This document shows positions 57,979-64,000 of a stretch of 64,000 nt of DNA, piece by piece. This DNA is from an uncultured Alphaproteobacteria bacterium (lineage in GTDB: Bacteria; Pseudomonadota; Alphaproteobacteria; HIMB59; GCA-002718135). The notes under the pieces were generated by a model. That model was not told the DNA's origin, made no database searches, and worked only from the letters and a program-made list of their open reading frames with translations. The stretch spans positions 18,569-82,568 of the forward strand of contig CACBPV010000004.1 of the NCBI GenBank assembly GCA_902541215.1, read 5' to 3'. The translations under genes were made by a program, and so were the position numbers. How positions within the stretch are numbered: the first letter of the stretch is position 1; the number at the start of each line of letters is the position of its first letter.

Positions 57979-58854
57979 ATGAGTAAGGTCGAATTATATA
58001 AAGATGTAAAAAATAGTTTGGGAGAAGGTATCACGTGGTCTTCAATTGATCAAAGTTTACTTTGGGTAGATATTAAACCAAAATCAGTTTTATTCAGAAT
58101 TGATTTAGATAACGAAAAATTAGAAACTTTTGATTTACCTGATTTTGTAACAGCAACATCAATAATCTCAAAGAATGAAATTGCTTTAGTCTCAAATAAT
58201 GGAGTAAATAAATTTAACTTTCAATCTAAAAAATACGAAAGAATAATTAATGTTGAAGATGATATTTTAACAAATAGATCTAATGATGGTGCCTCTGATG
58301 CTAGGGGCAGGCTCTGGTTTGGCACTATGCAAAATAATTTTAATCAAGATGGAAGTGCAAAATCTTTAAATGCTAAATCTGGAAGTTTATATTGTCTATC
58401 TGACAATAAGGTAAATATTGTTGAAACAAATCTTGGTATACCCAATACATTTATTTGGAGTCCAGATAATACGAAATTTTATTTTGCCGATACAACTGAG
58501 GGATCATTACTAGAATACAATTTTAACCTAGATAAAGGTAGTTTGTCAGACAAAAAAAATTTCTTCAATTTTGATAGAGGTGCTCCAGATGGATCAACTA
58601 TTGATAGCGATGGCTTTATTTGGAATTGTCGTTGGGGTGGTTCATGTGTAGTGAGAATTGATCCTAAAGGAAGAATAGATAAAATCTATGAGCTACCTGT
58701 TGAAAATGTAACAAATTGTGTATTTGGAGGAAGTGATCTTAAAACTTTATTTATTACAAGTGCTACAAATTCAGGTAAAAATCAATATGATGGTAGTCTA
58801 TTTGCATTAAATGTTAATGTGTCTGGACTTGAAGATAATAAATTTAAAATTTGA
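57979..58854 (+). CDS. SMP-30/gluconolactonase/LRE-family lactonase
   Basis: LGEGITWS, NDGASDARGRLWFGTM, PNTFIWSPD and PDGSTIDSDGFIW six-blade propeller motifs. Confidence 0.87.
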   Translation: MSKVELYKDVKNSLGEGITWSSIDQSLLWVDIKPKSVLFRIDLDNEKLETFDLPDFVTATSIISKNEIALVSNNGVNKFNFQSKKYERIINVEDDILTNRSNDGASDARGRLWFGTMQNNFNQDGSAKSLNAKSGSLYCLSDNKVNIVETNLGIPNTFIWSPDNTKFYFADTTEGSLLEYNFNLDKGSLSDKKNFFNFDRGAPDGSTIDSDGFIWNCRWGGSCVVRIDPKGRIDKIYELPVENVTNCVFGGSDLKTLFITSATNSGKNQYDGSLFALNVNVSGLEDNKFKI

Positions 58855-58886
58855 TTTTTTACTTTATTTAGCTAAAACTTTCACAC

Positions 58887-60620
58887 ATGAATAAAAAAAA
58901 TAAATATAGATCTTCTAATTGGTATAATTCTAAATCACATCGAAGAGATACATTTATTCATAGAGGCTGGATGAGAAATCAAGGTCATCCAAATCATTTG
59001 TTTGATGGCCGTCCTGTAATTGGAATTTGTAATACATGGTCAGAATTAACTCCTTGTAATGGTCATTTCAGAGAGATAGCTGAGTCTGTTAAAAAAGGTG
59101 TTTATGAAGCTGGCGGTTTTCCTCTTGAATTTCCTGTTTTTTCAGCAAGTGAATCCAATTTAAGACCTACAGCTATGTTGTTTAGAAATTTAGCAAGTAT
59201 GGATGTTGAAGAGGCAATAAGGGGTAATCCTATAGACGGAGTCGTATTATTAATGGGTTGTGATAAAACAACACCTTCATTAATGATGGGAGCTGCAAGC
59301 GTAGATCTTCCTACAATAGGTGTTTCAGGTGGCCCAATGCTTAATGGACACCATCAGGGTGAAACAATAGGTTCTGGCACTGGTGTTTGGAAACTTGATG
59401 CAGATTTAAACGCTGGTGTAATTACAGAAGAAGATTTTATTAATGCAGAAATTTCAATGAGTAGATCAAAAGGTAATTGTATGACAATGGGTACTGCATC
59501 AACAATGGGATCAATGGTGGAAGCATTAGGGATGTCACTACCTGGAAATGCTGCGATACCTGCAGTTGACTCAAGAAGATATGCTTTAGCTCATATGTCT
59601 GGAAAAAGAATTGTTGAAATGGTTAAGGAAGATATAACTATGTCAAAAATTGTTACAAAAAAATCATTTGAAAATGCAATCAAGGTCAATGGAGCAATAG
59701 GGGGATCTACAAATGCAGTTATCCATCTAGCTGCAATCGCAGGTCGAATGGAAATAGATTTAGATTTAGAAGATTGGAATAAATGTGGAGATGGTATTCC
59801 AACATTAGTAAATCTACAACCTTCTGGAAAATACTTAATGGAAGATTTTTATTATGCAGGTGGTGTTCCTGTAGTTATAAAAAGATTAATGGAAAAAAAT
59901 CTATTAGAAGAAAATGAAATGACTGTTAATGGAAAAACTATATCTGAGAATAATATAAATGCTAAATGTTGGAACAATGATGTTATCAAAGAATTTGAAA
60001 ATCCTTTAACAAAAAATGGAGGAATTAAAATTCTTAGGGGTAATATTGCTCCAAATGGTGCAATTATTAAACCATCAGCTGCATCACCAGAATTAATGAA
60101 ACATACTGGAAAAGCGGTAGTTTTTGAAAGTGTAGAAGAATTTCATGAAAAGATTGATGATCCCAATTTAGACGTTGATGAAAATTCAATATTAGTTTTA
60201 AAAAATTGTGGGCCAAAGGGTTACCCTGGTATGGCTGAAGTAGGTAATATGCGTCTTCCACAAAAAGTTCTTAAAAAAGGTGTGAGAGATATGATTAGAA
60301 TATCTGACGCTAGAATGAGTGGTACAGCATACGGTACGGTAATACTTCATACATCTCCAGAAGCTGCAGTTAAAGGTCCTTTAGCAGCAGTTCAAAATGG
60401 TGATGAAATAGAAGTAGATGTTGATCAGGGTATAATGAATTTAAAAGTTAATGAAGAAACAATAAAAAATCGTCTAGAAAATTATTCACCTGTTGTTCCA
60501 GAAATCACAGGTGGTTATCAAAAAATGTATGTAGAGCATGTTATGCAAGCTGACAAAGGAGCAGATCTTGATTTTCTTATTGGAAAAAGAGGAGCCGAAG
60601 TAAAAAGACATAGTCATTAA
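58887..60620 (+). CDS. IlvD/Edd-family dehydratase (sugar-acid dehydratase type)
   Basis: GICNTWSE, MGCDKTTPS and RISDARMSGTAYG motifs. 577 aa, with an N-terminal extension as in arabinonate/xylonate dehydratases. Confidence 0.9.
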   Translation: MNKKNKYRSSNWYNSKSHRRDTFIHRGWMRNQGHPNHLFDGRPVIGICNTWSELTPCNGHFREIAESVKKGVYEAGGFPLEFPVFSASESNLRPTAMLFRNLASMDVEEAIRGNPIDGVVLLMGCDKTTPSLMMGAASVDLPTIGVSGGPMLNGHHQGETIGSGTGVWKLDADLNAGVITEEDFINAEISMSRSKGNCMTMGTASTMGSMVEALGMSLPGNAAIPAVDSRRYALAHMSGKRIVEMVKEDITMSKIVTKKSFENAIKVNGAIGGSTNAVIHLAAIAGRMEIDLDLEDWNKCGDGIPTLVNLQPSGKYLMEDFYYAGGVPVVIKRLMEKNLLEENEMTVNGKTISENNINAKCWNNDVIKEFENPLTKNGGIKILRGNIAPNGAIIKPSAASPELMKHTGKAVVFESVEEFHEKIDDPNLDVDENSILVLKNCGPKGYPGMAEVGNMRLPQKVLKKGVRDMIRISDARMSGTAYGTVILHTSPEAAVKGPLAAVQNGDEIEVDVDQGIMNLKVNEETIKNRLENYSPVVPEITGGYQKMYVEHVMQADKGADLDFLIGKRGAEVKRHSH

Positions 60621-60639
60621 TTAAATATTATTAAAATAG

Positions 60640-61689
60640 ATGAATAACAATTTTAATCCTTTGTCTGCTGAAGAATTAACTTCAAGAATAAATAAAATTC
60701 CTAGAGTTAATCTAGCTCAATTACCTACTGTACTTGAATTTGCACCTAATATTTCTAAAGAGTTGGGTATAAATCTTTATATCAAACGAGATGATTGCAC
60801 TGCATTAGCTTTTGGGGGAAATAAAACAAGGCATTTAGAGTTTATAATGGCTAAAACATTATCTGGAGATTATGACTGTATTTTAACTGGGGCTGCATCT
60901 CAATCTAATTTTTGCCGCCAAGCTGTAGCTGCTGCAAATAAACTAAATTTAGATAGTTATTTAGTATTAATGCACGGAATAAAAGGTAACTTAATGCAAG
61001 GTAATTTTTTATTATATAATATTCTAGGCGCTAATGTTGATGTTATTGATGGTGAGAATTTAGAAGAAATACCAAAGCATTTAGATATAAAATATAATGA
61101 GTTAATAAAAGAAGGTCGAAAACCTCTATTAATTTATGGAGGATTTGGAAAAGAGGATACCACTCTTGCTGGTATAAGTTATGCAAATGCTATGGCTGAA
61201 ATTGATTTACAAATGAAAGAGCAAAATTTTATGGCAGATCATCTATTTGTTACTGCTGCTAATATGACACAAGCAGGTTGTGAATTAGGAGCTAAGATAT
61301 TAAATTGGCCAACTCGTATTCAAGGTATTTCTCCTGTTTATTGGGAAATGGATATTAAAAAAGATATAGCGAGAATATGTAATGATGCAGCAAAGATGCT
61401 TGATATTAATTTAGAGTTTTCACATAAAATGATTAATCATGACAATAATTATGTAGGTGAAAAATATGGTGCGACTACAGAAGATGGAATAAAAGCAACA
61501 AAGCTTTTAGCTAATAAAGAGGGAATTATTTTAGATCCAGTTTATACATCAAAAGGTTTTGCAGCTTTAATTGATTATGTTGAAAAAGGAATCATTAAGA
61601 AAGGTGAAAACGTCATTTTTATGTTCACTGGTGGTAGTCCGGCAGTTTTTGCATATAACGATGAAATTGCAAATAATTCTAATCAATAA
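60640..61689 (+). CDS. PLP-dependent ACC deaminase / D-cysteine desulfhydrase-family enzyme
   Basis: KRDDCTALAFGGNKTRHLEF (PLP-lysine region) and C-terminal FMFTGGSPAVFAY. Confidence 0.8.
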   Translation: MNNNFNPLSAEELTSRINKIPRVNLAQLPTVLEFAPNISKELGINLYIKRDDCTALAFGGNKTRHLEFIMAKTLSGDYDCILTGAASQSNFCRQAVAAANKLNLDSYLVLMHGIKGNLMQGNFLLYNILGANVDVIDGENLEEIPKHLDIKYNELIKEGRKPLLIYGGFGKEDTTLAGISYANAMAEIDLQMKEQNFMADHLFVTAANMTQAGCELGAKILNWPTRIQGISPVYWEMDIKKDIARICNDAAKMLDINLEFSHKMINHDNNYVGEKYGATTEDGIKATKLLANKEGIILDPVYTSKGFAALIDYVEKGIIKKGENVIFMFTGGSPAVFAYNDEIANNSNQ

Positions 61690-62863
61690 TTTCAAATTTA
61701 TCTAAATATTTATTTGATAACTTAATACCTAATCCATGTTTATTTTCATCTAATTCGATAAAACCATTTTTTGCTTGAGGTTCGCCATCAAAAATATACC
61801 AAAATAATTCATTACCAATTTCTACAGGCCAAAATGGAAAATACTCAACTATTGGAGCGTTTGCTGAACTCATAGAAATATGAAAATTATGAACTTGTCC
61901 TGCGTGAGGAATAACTGGTATTTGAAATGCTTCAGCTAAAGCAGAAATTTTATGTGCCTGTGTTATACCACCAACTCTATTCGTATCAAATTGCACAACA
62001 TCAATTGCTTTTTTTTCTAGTAATTGTCTAAAACCAAAAAGTGTATATTCATGTTCACCACCAGATATAGGAGTTCTACATGAGGCTTTTAGATCTGCAT
62101 AACCATCAATATCATCAGCAATAACTGGTTCTTCTAACCAACGAAGATTTTCATTATCAATTAATCGCATCATTCTTTTTGCATATTCAAATGTCCATCC
62201 CATATATACATCTGCCATAAGATCAACATTATCACCAACAACTGATCGCACTGTTTTGATTAACTCAATATTTTTATGCATACCTTCAGCACCATCAGTG
62301 GGACCCCAACCAAGTCTTAATTTCATTGCTTTAAAACCTTGATCAACATAATCCTTAGCTTCTTTTGCAAGACTATCAAGAGGTTGACTATAAAGCTTAC
62401 TTGCATAACAGGGGAGTTTTGATTTAGTTTTTCCACCTAATAATTTGAATACGGGTTGTTTAGCAGATTTTCCAAGTGCATCCCATATTGCAATATCAAC
62501 AGCACTAATAGCTGTCATACCTACACCTTTTCTCCCCCAAGCTAGTGTTTGGCGATACATCTTTTGCCATATATGCTCATAATCCCATATACTTTCACCA
62601 ATAATGGCTGGAGCTAAGTAAGTATCTACAACTGATTTACATGGTTCTGGGGATAATGCTGCATTACCTAAACCTACCAAACCATCACTTGTTTCAATCT
62701 CAACAACTAACCAGCTATGAAATTTATATGTTGTCCATCTATCACTTGAAATATTTTCTTGATTCACAATATCTGCAGCATTTGTGCAAAAATTTTCGTG
62801 AATTTTTTGAATGGGCCCTGTCCATTTATAGACCTTTGCTTTAACATTTACAATTTTACTCAC
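61679..62863 (-). CDS. Enolase-superfamily dehydratase (mandelate racemase subgroup, L-rhamnonate dehydratase-like)
   Basis: AISAVDIAIWDALGK, FKAMKLRLG, LMADVYMGW, RWLEEP, ISGGEHEY and VIPHAG patterns. Confidence 0.85.
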   Translation of the reverse strand: MSKIVNVKAKVYKWTGPIQKIHENFCTNAADIVNQENISSDRWTTYKFHSWLVVEIETSDGLVGLGNAALSPEPCKSVVDTYLAPAIIGESIWDYEHIWQKMYRQTLAWGRKGVGMTAISAVDIAIWDALGKSAKQPVFKLLGGKTKSKLPCYASKLYSQPLDSLAKEAKDYVDQGFKAMKLRLGWGPTDGAEGMHKNIELIKTVRSVVGDNVDLMADVYMGWTFEYAKRMMRLIDNENLRWLEEPVIADDIDGYADLKASCRTPISGGEHEYTLFGFRQLLEKKAIDVVQFDTNRVGGITQAHKISALAEAFQIPVIPHAGQVHNFHISMSSANAPIVEYFPFWPVEIGNELFWYIFDGEPQAKNGFIELDENKHGLGIKLSNKYLDKFEIID

Positions 62864-62912
62864 AAAATAATTATTATACTAATTTAAATCAATTTAAGAG
62901 AATTTTTTAATA

Positions 62913-63890
62913 TTAAGATAAGAGTTTAAGTAATAACTTTAAAGATTCTAGCATCGGACTTACATTAGCTTTATTTTTACCCACAATATCAAAAGCTGTT
63001 CCATGAGCAGGCGTAGTTATAGGTATTGGCAGACCACCTTGAACTGTAACACCTTTTTCAAATCCAAACGATTTAAGACCTGATTGTATGGCGTCATGAT
63101 ACATTCCAACAAGACAATTATACTCTTTATTTTTATAAGCTTTAATAAATGATGTATCACATGGTAACGGGCCAAAAACTTTGATTTTCATTTTTCTTGC
63201 TTTGTTTATTGCAGGAATTATTATTTTTTTCTCTTCATTTCCAAACTCAGCGTGAGGATTTAAAGCTTGAACACCTACTTTTGGATTTTTTAATCCATTT
63301 TTTTTTAAATACTTATTAACTAATTTAATTGGTTCAAGAATATTTTTAATAGTGATATTTTTTGCAACATCTTTAAGGGGAATATGTGAAGTTACTCTAG
63401 CAGTCCAAAAATTATTTAATACATTAAGTTCACAAACGTAGCTTTTTATTTTAAATTTATTTTTAAAATAATGGAGTTCATCCTTAAATTTCATACCAGC
63501 AAGATCTAAACTTGTTTTATTAAACGGAGCAAAATTAATTCCATCTATTTTTTTCTTATTATATAAATCAACCGCTATATCGATAGAATTTAAAACAGAA
63601 ATTCCTGATTTTATATTTGCTTTTCCAATTGGATATCTTACTTTTCTTTTAGTAATATCAAAGAAAATCTTACTAGTACTTTTAAATTCTATCTGATCAA
63701 AATTATTAATAAACTTAATATTTTTTTTATTTTTTTGTTTTGTTAAATGTCCATCAAATACAGATTTTTCTCCAATAATTACAATATTTATTTCTTTTAA
63801 AATATTATGAGATAGAATTTTTGAAATTAATTCAGGACCAATTCCAGATGGATCACCTAAAAGAACAGCTATACTTTTTTTATTTCTCAT
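62913..63890 (-). CDS. PdxA-family NAD-dependent 4-hydroxy-acid-4-phosphate dehydrogenase
   Basis: LLGDPSGIGPELI, ALNPHAEFG, MYHDAIQ and TTPAHGTAFDI motifs. Confidence 0.85.
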   Translation of the reverse strand: MRNKKSIAVLLGDPSGIGPELISKILSHNILKEINIVIIGEKSVFDGHLTKQKNKKNIKFINNFDQIEFKSTSKIFFDITKRKVRYPIGKANIKSGISVLNSIDIAVDLYNKKKIDGINFAPFNKTSLDLAGMKFKDELHYFKNKFKIKSYVCELNVLNNFWTARVTSHIPLKDVAKNITIKNILEPIKLVNKYLKKNGLKNPKVGVQALNPHAEFGNEEKKIIIPAINKARKMKIKVFGPLPCDTSFIKAYKNKEYNCLVGMYHDAIQSGLKSFGFEKGVTVQGGLPIPITTPAHGTAFDIVGKNKANVSPMLESLKLLLKLLS

Positions 63891-64000
63891 TAAATTCTAT
63901 AAATCTTCTCTGCATTTTTTAAAAAAATTTTATCATGTTCATTTTGTGAAAAATTTTTTACAATATTAAAGTATGAATCCCAATAATTATCAAAAGTATT
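63890..64000 (-). CDS. C-terminal fragment of an upstream ORF (amidohydrolase-like tail), truncated by the window edge
   Basis: The minus frame is open from the window edge: …NTFDNYWDSYFNIVKNFSQNEHDKIFLKNAEKIYRI*. Its stop overlaps the PdxA-family ATG (TAATG). The tail resembles metal-dependent TIM-barrel hydrolases, but too little sequence is visible to be sure. Confidence 0.4.
   Translation of the reverse strand, partial: NTFDNYWDSYFNIVKNFSQNEHDKIFLKNAEKIYRI

Overview
The window is very AT-rich and tightly packed, with more than twenty gene junctions that overlap or abut. No rRNA, tRNA, CRISPR array, IS element, integrase or phage gene was found. Gene content and synteny (ribF-ileS-lspA; lipid A acyltransferase-lpxK-waaA-msbA; ctaC-ctaD-ctaB-ctaG-ctaE-SURF1-thrC) point to a streamlined marine alphaproteobacterium of the SAR11/Pelagibacterales or HIMB59-like type; that assignment is an inference. 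Layout by region follows. (i) 1-13.2 kb is an accessory-looking island: four Cys-type sulfatases without signal peptides, a CUT1 ABC importer, a 92-aa orphan plus a PhyH-type dioxygenase, a ThuB/ThuA-like pair and xylA. (ii) 13.3-41 kb is core housekeeping: ribF, ileS, lspA, pgi, rRNA/tRNA modification enzymes, xseA, lipid A/Kdo genes, msbA, ubiA, the aa3 cytochrome oxidase cluster, an M32 carboxypeptidase, thrC, an M16 peptidase and ogt. (iii) 41-45.6 kb holds a TIM-barrel/Gfo-Idh-MocA pair, then a tandem pair of glutamine (glnA-RNA type) riboswitch aptamers in the amt leader. No glnK follows amt; instead there are two small orphan genes, one of them wHTH-like. (iv) 45.6-49.5 kb carries yqgE, a DsbD-family reductase, a Prx5 peroxiredoxin and an SDR. 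(v) 49.5-64 kb carries a monosaccharide-type ABC importer, then an unusual cluster of three membrane di-iron oxygenases (two paralogous desaturase-family proteins and one FA-hydroxylase/sterol-desaturase-family protein). These come with their own FAD reductase, a Rieske ferredoxin and a divergent PanB-like enzyme. After them sit lactonase, IlvD/Edd dehydratase, ACC-deaminase-like, RhamD-like enolase, PdxA-family and amidohydrolase-like genes. The best candidates for something undescribed are the Rieske-ferredoxin-fed membrane oxygenase cluster (52.4-57.9 kb), the cytoplasmic sulfatase island with its orphan/PhyH pair, and the tandem glutamine riboswitch-amt-wHTH locus. Smaller points: an unannotated 35-codon membrane ORF coupled between ctaB and ctaG, a SURF1 gene whose N-terminal helix has no canonical start codon, and matching attenuator hairpins after both ABC binding-protein genes. 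All functional calls rest on motif recognition by eye; no database search was run.
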